This document shows, piece after piece, positions 12,101 to 23,404 of a stretch of 64,000 nt of DNA. Positions within the stretch are counted from its first letter, which is position 1. The number at the start of each line of letters is the position of its first letter. A program made the position numbers and the translations under genes. Location: the NCBI RefSeq assembly GCF_032444005.1, contig NC_091282.1, positions 1,021,760,001 to 1,021,824,000 on the forward strand, in the 5' to 3' direction. The DNA is from Ranitomeya imitator (lineage: Eukaryota). The notes under the pieces were generated by a model. It saw only the letters and a list, made by a program, of their open reading frames with translations. It was not told where the DNA came from and did not search any database.

Positions 12101-13269
12101 ATGTCAGGGACTACATTCAGGCGTGCGTTTCTTGCGCCCAGAATCGGTCTCCTCGGCAACGGCCTGCTGGGTTGCTTTACCCTCTACCGGTGGCAGACAG
12201 GCCCTGGGAGATGGTCGGAATGGACTTTGTGGTGGGTCTACCCAAGTCGCGTGGCTGCTCCATTATTTGGGTTGTCACTGACCATTTCTCTAAGATGGTG
12301 CATTTGGTGCCGCTTCCTCGGTTACCCTCAGCAGGGGCCTTGGCGGTGTTGTTCGTTAAACACGTTTTCCGTTTGCATGGTATGCCTGATAAAATTGTCA
12401 GCGATCGGGGTCCCCAGTTCGCATCTCGGTTTTGGAGAGAGCTCTGCCGTTTACTCAGCGTAGAGTTAAACCTCTCCTCTGCTTACCATCCCGAGACGAA
12501 TGGGTTGGTGGAGAGAACCAACCAGACTCTGGTGACATATTTGCGACATTTCGTCTCTGCTAGGCAGGATGACTGGGCATCTTTGCTACCTTGGGCGGAA
12601 TTTGCCCTGAACAACGCCGTAGCCGATTCCACTGGTCAAACTCCTTTTCTCCTTAATTACGGCCAGCATCCGCGTGTCCCTGTGCCCATGCCCGTGTCCT
12701 CCACCGATTCTAGGGTGGCAGACTGGGCGGTGGAGGCACGTGACATCTGGGACCGCACACAGGATGCTATCCGGGCCTCCAAGGAGAGAATGAGGGTTTC
12801 GGCTGATACACACCGGCGCCCCGCTCCGGTCTTTGCTCCCGGCGACTTAGTGTGGCTCTCCGCCCGTAACATCAGGCTGCGAGTTGAGTCCACTAAGTTT
12901 GCTCCTCGCTACATTGGCCCGTTTAAAGTTCTGGAACAGGTCAACCCTGTGGTTTACCGTTTGGCCATTCCTCCACGCCTTGGTATCACCGATACCTTTC
13001 ACGTTTCCCTCTTAAAGCCCGTTCGTTTGTCTCAGTTTTCTGAGTCATCTGCTGGGACATCGGGTTCATCCATGGATGAATTTGAGGTGAATGCTATTGT
13101 GGGAAGCAAGGTGGTACGTGGCAAAAAATTTTTTTTGGTGGATTGGAAGGGTCATGGTCCAGAGGATAGAACCTGGGAGCCTGTGGAGCACATTCGGGCT
13201 CCGCAGCTCATTGCTGCCTTTGAACGTAGCGAGGCCCAAGGAGGGGGGGGCCCTAGGAGGGGGGGGTAA
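9127..13269 (+). CDS. Gag-Pol polyprotein, 1380 aa (Gag-PR-RT-RNaseH-IN-chromodomain)
   Basis: PEG10/RTL1-like Gag (LPEKFSGD...ALEW); protease LDSGA; RT YLDDIL; RNase H VDAS...ELLA...TDH; integrase HHCC with MDFV, SDRG, ERTNQ; GPF motif; chromodomain FEVNAIV...LVDWKG...TWEP. Confidence 0.97.
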   Translation: MADIQQSLRYIQQLEGRLKVLENSTSAVDVTAVAVKAAGVAAATLSTATPVPTLSRLPLPEKFSGDCKTCRGFVSQCSIHLELLAARFPTERAKVGFIVSLLSDRALEWATPLWERDDHVVQSAPLFLGTLKKVFLGPQLTHDTALQLLALTQGESLVSHFSVRFRTLASELEWSDKALIPIFWRGLADHVKDALATREIPATLEELISISTRIDLRFNERRLERAQCRQRFRLAPTFAKPLKSPVQASESHETLEVTRAGSKSQSARAHKVRHVCQQSGRLASKSPQRSGKRQRLVAVGGGTLDTATFASKLSFKGTITIGPSTLTVELCLDSGAEGNFMSSAFAQRHAIPLVMLAQPVTVRVVNGSTLPSQITHQTIPFTLSVSPSHQEIISLLVIPEGIDEVLLGMPWLRYHSPHIEWSSGRILGWSKSCEGRCQRECVQVATTQVPADLSSLPKHYWSHADVFSKRAAETLPPHRPYDCPIDLLPGAEPPRGRVYPLSLPETEAMSQYIQENLARGFIRKSVSPAGAGFFFVQKKTGDLRPCIDYRGLNAITVKNKYPLPLISELFDRLRGAKVFTKLDLRGAYNLIRIREGDEWKTAFNTRDGHYEYLVMPFGLCNAPAVFQDFVNDIFRDMLTTSVVVYLDDILIYSPDIDSHRRDVRKVFDLLRANSLYAKLEKCVFEQESLPFLGYIISAQGLAMDPAKLQAVMDWQEPHSLKAVQRFMGFINYYRQFIPHFSTLVAPLVALTKKGANPKLWSEEVSKAFLSIKSHFASAPILHRPDVDKPFILEVDASSVGAGAVLFQKDAQGRKHPCFFFSKTFTPAERNYSIGDRELLAMKLAFSEWRHLLEGARFPFQVFTDHKNLVYIQTAQRLNSRQARWSLFFSRFHFTLHFLSGEKNVRADALSRSVVSSEEEEEEPRLIVPSESLRTVAPVSLESVPPGKTFVPANLRPEVLSWAHSSRVGGHFGTKRTSELLARTYWWPHMARDVRDYIQACVSCAQNRSPRQRPAGLLYPLPVADRPWEMVGMDFVVGLPKSRGCSIIWVVTDHFSKMVHLVPLPRLPSAGALAVLFVKHVFRLHGMPDKIVSDRGPQFASRFWRELCRLLSVELNLSSAYHPETNGLVERTNQTLVTYLRHFVSARQDDWASLLPWAEFALNNAVADSTGQTPFLLNYGQHPRVPVPMPVSSTDSRVADWAVEARDIWDRTQDAIRASKERMRVSADTHRRPAPVFAPGDLVWLSARNIRLRVESTKFAPRYIGPFKVLEQVNPVVYRLAIPPRLGITDTFHVSLLKPVRLSQFSESSAGTSGSSMDEFEVNAIVGSKVVRGKKFFLVDWKGHGPEDRTWEPVEHIRAPQLIAAFERSEAQGGGGPRRGG

Positions 13270-14252
13270 TGTTAGGGGTCGAGTTCCCGCTTCTGCACTG
13301 GGGGAATCTCGAGCCACTTCCGCTGCGGTCTCCCATTCTTGTCCAGCCGCAGTGGAGCCTGCTCAGCAAGGACGTCGGTCCCAGCGTCTTGCTCATTCTC
13401 ACTCTGTTCAGAGAGTTAGTGCTGCTTCTCCAGTCTCTGCCATTAAAGTCAGTACTGGTCAGCAGCGAGCGGACTTCTCTGGGACTAAGTCCTTGTCTGC
13501 ATATACTGAGCATGCCCAGCGTAAGGTCTCCCGTTGGAGATCGAGGGTCATGTGCTCAGGCTCTGCAGCACATTCCATTGGTCCTCTTGGCAGGTCCTAG
13601 AAGGGCAAAAGTGCTGTGGCCACTTCCTGTGCTGCTCCTATATAAACTGCGCATGACCGCACGGCCATGCGCTAGTATTGTCTAACAATTGTTGATGTGT
13701 GTATGTTGTGAGTGCAAGTCGTCCTTGGAAACCCCTTCCCTATTGAATGTCTGTTCGCGGAAGGTGTATGGCTGCTACCTAGCGCCCGACTTAGCCTACA
13801 GCACTAGACACACATCTCAGCGTCCTGTAGCTGTGCCTGCCAGTACGGCGCCGTGCGCCTGCCTTGCGCTTTCCATACCCGAGTCTGGGTGGTTAGTGGC
13901 GTCCGTTAGTGCGGCATCGCTCGCACTCTTGTGCACTTATACTTCTTAAGGTTCTCTACACACCCAGTTGCGGTGTTACGCCAGCAAGGGTCTAATCGGG
14001 CTCCAATCCCTTCTGGGGTTAAGTCCGCTGACCACTTGCTCGCGCACTAGTGCGGTACTGCGGTCCTGTGGATTAACAGGATCGCTTTCTTCACGCTGGG
14101 TGAGGTTTAACCCACGCGTGTATCCTTTAGTGTACCGCCATATTGTCCGTCTTGCTAGCTGCAGGGTCTTTTACCTGCACGGTGGACCTCGGACTGCGAA
14201 CGCACCTAGTTTCGTACCATCTATACATGGTGCGTTCCGCCAGTCCCTAACA
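13270..14252 (+). repeat. 3' LTR
   Basis: TGTTAGGGG...CCCTAACA, preceded by a polypurine tract. Confidence 0.95.
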
Positions 14253-14735
14253 GGTTGTATTAATCATACCATTCCAAATACACCCAAACATGGATGCATA
14301 GTGGTATCAATTACAATCTATTGATACAGATCCTACTGAGAAAGTGCCTTAGTGTAACATATCCCATAATTACAGATAGATGCTTAAAGTGCCATAGTGC
14401 AATAATAACCAACCCAGGTAAAAAAATGCATTAGTCATAGAGTACCTAATACATCCAAGTGTGGATGTCTAGTAGTGTCAATTACAATCTATTAGTGAAG
14501 TCCTCAATTCGTAAAATATTTCCAGTTGTACATCTAATGATTGCCATCCCATAGTTCACTCCTAAATTTTCCACACTTGATCTTCTCATCCATGGTGTTG
14601 AAACCGCTTAAACCACCAAAAGGGTAGCTGAGGCACAATTATGGACATATAAACTGAAACAAATAGAAAATGAAAAAATGAAAAAAAAATAAAGAATATA
14701 GCATTAAAACACAATAAAAAAACACTTGAAGCATG

Positions 14736-14820
14736 TTAAAGAAAGGGGGCAAAGCTGTGAGCTTCATTCAATCCTCTAGGCTGAACAGAATTGATCTTGT
14801 AGATCCACCGAGCCTCCAAT
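14736..14820 (-). pseudogene. C-terminal remnant of the Penelope-like GIY-YIG ORF in duplication copy A
   Basis: LEARWIYKINSVQPRGLNEAHSFAPFL*, homologous to 21229-21313; truncated at the duplication breakpoint. Confidence 0.75.
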
Positions 14821-16161
14821 CTCAAAATCACTGGGATATGTTGAAGCATCGCAGAGTTATTACCACAAAAAGTGACACTGGTCAGATTTGAAAAATTTGG
14901 CTCCGTCACTAAGGGGTTAATGTAAGTTATAGTCCAACACCTGTTACCCATGTTATTTGATTACATTTTTTTTTGTCTAATAATTGCACATAGCACGGAT
15001 TGCACTTTTTGGCATGGATTGCACATTATGGTGAGGTTATATACTTCTGCATTTGCAGGCTATACCCTGTTTGCTCTAATTAGAGTTCAGGTGATTTGCC
15101 TTTAGTACATGTGTTGTTCTCTTACATTCTTCTCCTTACGATTAGCTGACATATTGGTTTATCATACATAGCACTATTGCATGTCTTATCTATATTATTT
15201 TATTTAACCATTTGTGTCTTTTCATAACGGCCTAAAAAATAATATAACATTTTTACAACATTGATAATATTTTAATGATGTAGACTGTTATCTATTCATA
15301 CCTGGTTCTTACCCCCATTCAGTCTTGCTTGGTTTGTGGTACTCTGTAATTTTGTAAATGATTCCTTTTTGGTATATGTAATAAAATATTGGATTTTGTT
15401 TAAAGAACTCCTCACCTCATTTGGTTGTTTATATAATAGGGGTATTGGTGTGATAAAAAAAATATACTGAATTTTTTATTGATTGAATTACTAATTCATA
15501 CAGAATTACGTGCTTTCTGTTACATTGTGGTGTTACATAAAAATAAAAAAACCTTGAAAAAATGTTTGTGGATTCAATTATGCATTTCCACTCTGTAATG
15601 CGGTTCTTGTTACATTTTCCTGGTATATTAAACTCTAAAAAAATTTCCAAACTATTTTGTGGATTCAATGATCCATGCATACATTTTCATATATTTTATG
15701 TAAACTATGGAGAGTTAAAATTTTTAAAAACCACTTGGCCTTGTACAATTTTCAAAATGTTTTTGTAAAAAAATTGACTATTGTCCTATATAATGTAGAG
15801 CCTGCTTTGTGTGACATTTCGTTGGTTTCAAATTAAAAACAAAATTGGCCTGCTACAGGTGTACACTTTCAGAATATTTAAATGGGGCCGTCTAGTTGCT
15901 GACTTCACTGGTGTATGGATGACCCAAGCTTTGCACTGTGCAGGACTTTTATGAGTCGAGGAGTACCACAACTTACTTTGCTCACAATATTTGAATGAGG
16001 TACTACAATTAGTGCCTTCCAGGTTGTATGGTTGACCCTGCTTGTAATTTTTTGCAAACATTGCACTTCGTACATGGCCCTTATGAGTCTAGGAGTACCA
16101 CTGCATGACAATTTGAACACAATTACTATGAGGCCCTCCTTTATGTCTAATACAGGGTGTA

Positions 16162-17553
16162 TGTTAGGCTTCGAGATTCTTCCACTGCATGGGATAGATC
16201 CCAAGCCTTATCTGCCTCTGTGGTCTCCCATTCAGATTCAGCTGCTGCAGGTTCTGCTGAGCATTGACGTCGGTCCCAGCATCTTGCTCAGACTCATGGT
16301 GTTAGTTTGGTTACTGTTGACTCTCCAGCCAAGTCTATGGTAAACAGCAATAGGCTGTGGTGTCCTGACGCTCTGGAGTCTAAGTCCAGAAATCACCTTA
16401 CTGACATTGTCCATGATGTGGCATCTTCCTATTGGCGGTAGGACGTCTTCTGCTCTGGTGATGTGGCAGCTCCGAATTGGTTCGCAGGCAATGTTTCAAC
16501 TGACTGGGCGTGAGTGTTTAGGGTGGAGCCTTTTGTATAAAAGACCCCCAATGGTGCCCACGAGTGCACTAGTATCATTTATATGTCACTGTAAGAGTGG
16601 AGACTCTATCACTTTGTCTGCATGTGTGTTGTGTCTGTCTAGCTTAGGGACTGTACACATAGGCAGGCAGCTAGTGTCAGTGGGGGCTATTAGTCGTTTG
16701 GCTTAGCATCTGTTACCTACATGTGTGCAGTTAGCACAGTAGAGTTTCAGAGCAAGCTCAATCCTAGTCAGGGTATTATGCTCAGCATCTGTTTTGTTTC
16801 TGTGTGCGATTGACACAGCTCAGTTGCAGAGCAAGCTTTTTCCACATGCTTTCCCTGTGACGTTTAACAGGGCATAGCACTCAGTATACATGTGTTCAGT
16901 GCCTCTCTGTGGAGTACCGGAGTTTGGTGCTCAGTGTTCCATTCACACTGTGCGGCATTAACACAGGGTGTCCAGGTAATTGCTTACTGTCTGTCCCATC
17001 ATTGCTCACTAGCAGCAGTTTATCATCTCTCCATGGAGGACCCCAGGGTGCGATTGCACTGTATTATTTATTTTTATTTAGTGCAATCCACCAACCTTAA
17101 AGCCCCCGTCACACTAAGCGAGATCGCTAGCGAGATCGCTGCTGAGTCACAAGTTTTGTGACGCAACAGCGACCTCAGTAGCGATCTCGCTATGTGTGAC
17201 ACGTAGCAGCGACCAGGCCCCTGCTGTGAGATCGCTGGTCGTGTCGGAATGGCCTGGACCTTTTTTTGATCGTTGAGGTCCCGCTGGGTAACACATCGCT
17301 GTGTTTGACACCTTACCAGCGACCTCGTTGACAGGACGTCCCTCATTGAGGTCTGTTAATCGTCATGAAATAGCTGCCATGTGACATCGTTGTACAGGTC
17401 GCTACAGGTCGCCGCATCGCTGCTGCGTCGTTGGGGAGATCTCACTGTTTGACATCTCACCAGCGACCACATAGCGACGCAGCAACGATCCCTGACAGGT
17501 CGTATCGGTGTCGGGATCGCTTTAGCATCGCTAAGTGTGACGGGGCCTTAACA
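16162..17553 (+). mobile_element. Solo LTR (paralog of 1726-2668) carrying a MITE near its 3' end
   Basis: TGTTAGG start, TAACA end, TSD GTGTA (16157-16161 / 17554-17558). Confidence 0.85.
17101..17548. mobile_element. 448-bp MITE, probably PIF/Harbinger type
   Basis: TIRs AGCCCCCGTCACACTAAGCGA / AGGCCCCGTCACACTTAGCGA; TAA duplicated (a TTAA reading is also possible); absent from the paralogous site CCTTAACAG at 2661. Confidence 0.8.
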
Positions 17554-18926
17554 GTGTATCTTAGTCCCTCTTACATCACATTTTTGGAAGTTCTTGTTTT
17601 CTTCATAAATTACACAGAAATTTCCAATTTTTTACTAGAAATTTCAATTTTGTTTGCTTAAAGGGAATTATTAACCCCCCGTTATGTATATGACCTTTTA
17701 AAATGGGCATACACGTAATAGAAATGTTAAACTAGTCCTACCTGTAGGTCTCATATTAGTGAAATGTTACATTCTTTCTGTATGCTAACGATTTCTTTCA
17801 GGCTCAGGGGCGTGTGGTGCCTGGAAGAAATCCTTGCCTCCTGTCTTCATTGTAATACCACTTCCCATTCTTGCTCCTCAGTTGTGACCCTGGAATCCTG
17901 TGCCGGTGCCTTGCCCTCTCTCAAAAATTCCTAGCTTTTCCTTCCTTCTATGGGCACTACATTCAGGGGTCTTCTATTACCTGAATGCCCATATTAATGG
18001 GTCACATACAGTACGTTCTGGGGGATGACAGATTCCCTTTAAATTATATTTAAAACAAAAATCCTTTTGAAATGTTACAATGTTTTGTGTAAAGACATAG
18101 AAATAAGAGAGAAAAGAACTTCAGGGGCTAGTACGACAGCTAGATCACAAGCTAGGTGTCAATAGTAAATCCTACAAATAAAAGGCTTAATTACAGGCGC
18201 TTCTCAAAGCAATACAAAATCCAAACATAAAACAGAAGCCATTACCATATAGTAAAATAGATCAACTTTATTAACAAAAAATGCAAGATAGTGTACAAAT
18301 ATATATATATAAAAATGGAGATACAAATACAAATTCAACTGTCCAATTCAGTAATACACCTTCAGATAAATTATATCATCATTCACAGCTCATCCCTCAG
18401 CCCTAATTGTCAGCATCATTCCATACATGGCACCTCTGCACAGAATTCACAGCATGAATCAAATAGAGTGGCTAATTTAAACTAGGGTGGAGGCTTCCAA
18501 TTTGTTTTATTGTGGTTCTGGTAGACCTTGATTCATAAGAACAGATGTGAAAATAGTGTAAGTCTATAGTATCTAATATATCAAAGGATATACCATCTAA
18601 ATGCACATGACAGGCTATATACATGTATGTGACAAATAGACTTCGCTATCATTCACTGCTTTTAACTATATTGGTCATATGTGTGATAGCTTTCAGGACA
18701 ACCAATAAAGTAAAATGCATAATGCTGTGCTGTGATCCTTGGATACTACCATACACACAGAGCCAATTCTAGCATGTGTCTCAAATTAGGGCTAATGCCT
18801 CTAGTGCATCAGTGAATATAATAGCCATAAATATTGGTAGGGGAGCAAAAAGGGATAAAATGTGTGTTTAGGTAAATGAAAGAAGGGTGTATGACCTGAT
18901 CAGGCAGTCCAAATCCCCAACGCGCG

Positions 18927-19705
18927 TGTTAGGTCTCGAGTTCCCGCCGCTGCACAGGGGTAATCTTGAACCACCTCCGCTGTGGTCTCCCATTCTTCTC
19001 CAGCCACAGTGGAGCCTGCTCAGTGGAGGAGGTCAGTCCCAGCTTCTGGCTCAGGCAGATACTGTGGGCTTGGTTACTGCTGCCCTTCCAGGCTCAGCCA
19101 TTGTAGCCAGTACTGGTCAGCGGCGAGCAGACGCTTCTGGGACTAAGTCCTTCTTGTCTCCTTCTGAGCATGCCCAAGGGAAGACGTCTCATTGGAGGTC
19201 AAGGGTCACATGCTCAGGTCCTGTTGCAGCTTCTATTGGTCCACTAGGAAGGTCCTGAAGAAGCTACAACTATGAAAGGTTTGCATGGCCGAAAGGCCAT
19301 GCACTAGTATCAATTGTGTTTGGCTGTTGCCAGTGGATTATCTACCACTCAGTCATATGTGGAGAGTCTGTTTAGCTCTGGGGCTGTACACTCAGGCAGG
19401 CAGCTAGCGTCAGTGGGGGCAATTAGCCTTGGCTCAGCATCTGGTTCCTTTATGTGTGCGGTTAGCACAGAAGAGCTCCAGAGCAAGCACAACCCTAATT
19501 AGGGTAATAGTTTTCTGTGTACAGCGCGACTCTGTGAAGCAACAGAGGTCACTTACATTTCACATGGGGCGAGGTTAACCCACGTGTGAGCTCAGTGTCC
19601 ATCCGCCATTACTTAGCAGCAGGCATCTTTGCACGGTGGACCCTGGACTGCGAACGCACCTCGTATCTATCTCTCATTACTCGGTGCGTTCTGCTAGCCC
19701 TAACA
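18927..19705 (+). mobile_element. Solo LTR (paralog of 6275-7044)
   Basis: TGTTAGG...CCCTAACA; TSD GCGCG / GCGCA. Confidence 0.85.
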
Positions 19706-21228
19706 GCGCATTTCATGTACAGCTTCTTCCTAGGGGTTCCTGTGTGTGTAAGGGGGTTGCTCGTACCTTTATATTCCTATGACTCAGTGGTGGTAGCGGT
19801 TAAGGTTGGCGCCTCTGCCGACGAGCCGGGCATGATGTCACCCCGGGTTAGCATCACGTGCCACCGTCTCGTACTCCCCCATCTGAGGCGTCAGATTGGG
19901 GGGCAGAGCCAGCCGCAGTACAGATGCATCTCCAGGACAACACACACTCGGAAGTCTGCGAAAGCGCTGATGAGTGCTGGGGCTGTAAGTTGTATTGTCT
20001 GCAATCCCTATATCCTATGTGTAACACTGCTGCACTGCACACGTGGGTATTGAGTTTTTTTCATGTGTTCCCTATTCTTGCGTGAATATTGTCAGATATG
20101 CCAACCATATTAAATGTTAATCAATATTGCTCTGCCCATACATGACAATTATAATGTGGGCAAATCACACTTTGCATCATTTTTACCCAGATATGACATA
20201 TGTCATCAAGGCCCCAAATACATACAAAAAATAATTTTTTTATACAAAAACATACATTTTAGATTAAAAAAGATAAAGCATATCCATCACAATGACAATA
20301 CAAAAACACGTATGTACACATACAAAACCCATACTGTTATATAGTGTATGATATTGCCATATAGTGCATAAAAATAAGATTAAATAAGTGATAAAACTGA
20401 CGAGTGATGATACTATGTGCAACATCCCATCCAGGTTGTGAAGTGAATTATTAATAGAAGCTGAGTGATTGTGTAACTGGAGATTCATAATGTGCTTCAA
20501 TACATTGCAAAATAAATTAGAGGAGAAAGTCCCCCAAGTGATATCTCACAGTGTGCCAGTGCTTAAACGTGATGTGCCATATAACCAAAGTCCTAAAGTA
20601 TTGATACTGATAAAACAATCAATAAAAGTATAAAAAATGTGAATTTATTACATATAATGATATACGTTAGTGTGACATGTCACATAATGACAAACAAATA
20701 CTTAAAGTGCCATAGTGAATTGAAAACCAACCCTAATGAAAGGTTGTATTAATCATACCATACCAAATGCACCCATACATGGATGCATAGTGGTATCAAT
20801 TACAATCTATTGATACAGATCCTACTGAGAAAGTGCCTTAGTGTAACATACGGTATCCCATAATTACAGATAGATGCTTAAAGTGCCATAGTGCAATAAT
20901 AACCAACCCTGGTAAAAAAGTGCATTAGTCATAGAGTACCTAATACATCCAAGTGTGGATGTCTAGTAGTGTCAATTACAATCTATTAGTAAAGTCCTCA
21001 ATTCGTAAAATATTTCCAGTTGTACATCTAATGATTGCCATCCCATAGTTCACTCCTAAATTTTCCACACTTGATCTTCTCATCCATGGTGTTGAAACCG
21101 CTTAAACCACCAAAAGGGTATCTGAGGCACAATTATGGACATATAAACTGAAACAAATAGAAAATGAAAAAATGAATAAAAAAATAAAGAATATAGCATT
21201 AAAACACAATAAAAACACTAGAAGCATG

Positions 21229-22071
21229 TTAAAGAAAGGGGGCAAAGCTGTGAGCTTCATTCAATCCTCTAGGCTGAACGGAATTGATCTTGGAGATCCA
21301 CCGAGCCTCCAATTGGGCTAAATTCCTCCTCTAATTTCCACCTCTCTGATCTATGTACACCTTATTGATTCCCATTACCTTTAATAGACCACCATCACAA
21401 TTGTGGAATTGCTTGAAATGCCTTGGAATCGGTTTTAGGGAGGCTATTTCCTCAATCTCCCTTTGGTGAGACATTGGTGATGTCCCTATAGTGTTCCCTT
21501 ACTCGATTTTTCAGGGGTCTGGGGGTCAGGCCTACATAAATGTTTTTGCAGGGACAGGTCACATAGTATATTACCCCGATACTATTGCTGGTAATGTGTT
21601 GGGTAATCATAAAAGTCCTTTCACCTGAGCTGGATTTAAATGTAGATGCTCGTGTCATGTTGGGGCACGCAATGCAACTATTACATGGGGAAAAAATCCC
21701 CAATTCTGCCCTTTTGAGTCAAATGCTTTTTCCGGGGTTGGTCCTGCATAGTAACTATGAACCAATTGGTCCTTGAGGTTACTCGATCTTCTATAAGTGA
21801 TTGATGGTTGGTTGTTAATATATTTCACCAGCGTTCTATCTGTAAGTAGTAACGGCCAATACTTCTCAAGAGCATTTCTAACCTCTGACCATTTCTCATT
21901 ATAGGTTGAGATAAATCTCACCTTTTGGTCTGTTGGTTCTTTGGTTTTGGGTGTTAGTAGATCCATTCATTTTGGTTTAGTTGCCCTCGTCAGGCCCCTC
22001 CTAATACTCCGATTCGAATATCCTCTGTCCTTGAATCTGGATTTCAGAGTTTTAGCCTATTCAAAGAAAGT
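21229..22071 (-). pseudogene. Penelope-like ORF, C-terminal part (RT thumb, linker, GIY-YIG endonuclease)
   Basis: ORF-track fragments 21452-21703 and 21655-21966; frameshifted. Confidence 0.85.
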
Positions 22072-22142
22072 AATAAACCATAAGAAATGAATGGAAAAGG
22101 ATGGCACTAGAGCGATGCAATTAGATCAGGACTAAAACGGAA

Positions 22143-22616
22143 TCCCAGATTGTCAGGTGTCACGCATGCTGGGGGTAACGGTGCTCTGCACATCGATTGT
22201 GAATGAAGAGTTCATATGAACGATAAAGAAAAAATATGCGGCACTCACCCCAATGTAGCAGTGAAGATGTGAACTTTAATGGAGAAAATGAATTAGTACA
22301 TACATCCGTCAGGACATAAGGTAAGCAGGAGGGTGCGGTAATGGAGCTTGGACACCCTCCTGCTTACCTTATGTCCTGACGGATGTATGTACTAATTCAT
22401 TTTCTCCATTAAAGTTCACGTCTTCACTGCTACATTGGGGTGAGTGCCGCATATTTTTTCTTTATCGTTCATATGAACTGTTCAAAGAAAGTGTCGTCAT
22501 TGGAACAGATCCTCCTTGCTCTCAAAAACTGGCCTCTGGGGATCCCATTAATCTGTGATCGTGGATGTGATCATGTTGAGTGAAGTACAGAATTGACAGC
22601 AGTTTCTTTAAGATAA
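22143..22616 (+). repeat. 474-bp direct repeat, copy 1, containing a 271-bp hairpin (22209-22479)
   Basis: Identical to 24656-25129 except for one substitution seen; 127-bp arms with a 17-nt loop. Confidence 0.93.
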
Positions 22617-23363
22617 TTCCGAAAAGCAGAGAAGCGGGCACCGCACAGAAAATGTGCTAAGGAGATCAACCACGTGCATATATAGGATTCACAGAACACA
22701 AAAAGAGAAAGACTATGCACACAGTGGGATCAACTTATTATAACAAATTGTATTATATATACCACCTCACCACGCACAAAGGCACAGTAAGGAAAAACAA
22801 ACATATAAAAACAATTTAAAACTAAACAAACCTATCCACATCCCCCCCAATACAGTCACAAGGATCCATAAAGTCATATACAATCAATATGTAACAGGCA
22901 TACAAAAGTTTAGGCAGAATAACATCAACACATATCTTTATTTAATATCCTGTCCTGCCAACTAGAGAAGTCTTGATGAAGGAAACATATCAATTAGATC
23001 CTGTATGCGACCAATATAACCCAGTAATACAGCGGGTCTGTAACAAATATACACTTGTACCCCAAAGGAGGTCAAATACTAAACCAGAGAAAAATATCCC
23101 TGGTATGATCCATAGATACCCTTGCCCCTAGTCTGGCACCCCATACAATACTTTACCAGGTATCGCAGAGCCTGCTACTAAGAAGATCAATCCCTCATAG
23201 ATGTCCAGGGGGAGAAAATAAATGAACGTGCCCTTGGGGAAAGTATGGGCACAGCAGACGTGCACCAACTAGTGCTTCCGGATAAGGCTGGGTTATCCAG
23301 AGAGTGGAGCAGGGATCAGAGACATCCAAAAAGGTATGGGGAGGGGGGGGAGGAGGATAAGAA

Positions 23364-23404
23364 CCCAACGCGTGTCGACGCTGCTAAGGCGTCTTCGTCA
23401 GGGG
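23364..23404 (-). ncRNA. Minimal type-I hammerhead ribozyme motif (Penelope type), probably inactive
   Basis: Minus strand reads CCC-CTGACGA-A-GACGC-CTTAGCA-GCGTC-GACA-CGCGT-T-GGG; the conserved GAAA reads GACA. Confidence 0.65.

Larger units (their letters stand above)
8117..14252 (+). mobile_element. Full-length young Ty3/Gypsy chromovirus-type LTR retrotransposon (sushi/Tf1-like group)
   Basis: Two 983-bp LTRs at constant offset 5153, TSD GGTTG (8112-8116 / 14253-14257), empty site ATGAAAGGTTGTATTAATC in the paralog at ~20736, PPT at 13255-13266, and an intact ORF. Confidence 0.97.
1683..14820 (+). repeat. Segmental duplication, copy A
   Basis: Colinear with 16119-21313 apart from insertions/deletions (extra 3189-5433 and Gypsy 8117-14252 in A; MITE 17101-17548 in B). 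Homology ends at GATCCACCGAGCCTCCAAT (14820 vs 21313). Confidence 0.9.
16119..21313 (+). repeat. Segmental duplication, copy B
   Basis: Colinear with 1683-14820; for example, ORF-track peptides at 5639-5833 and 18291-18485 are identical. Confidence 0.9.

Noticed and set aside
9127-13269. Domesticated PEG10/RTL1-like host gene
   Set aside because: It is flanked by near-identical LTRs with a TSD, and the paralogous empty site is present, so it is a recent retrotransposon insertion.
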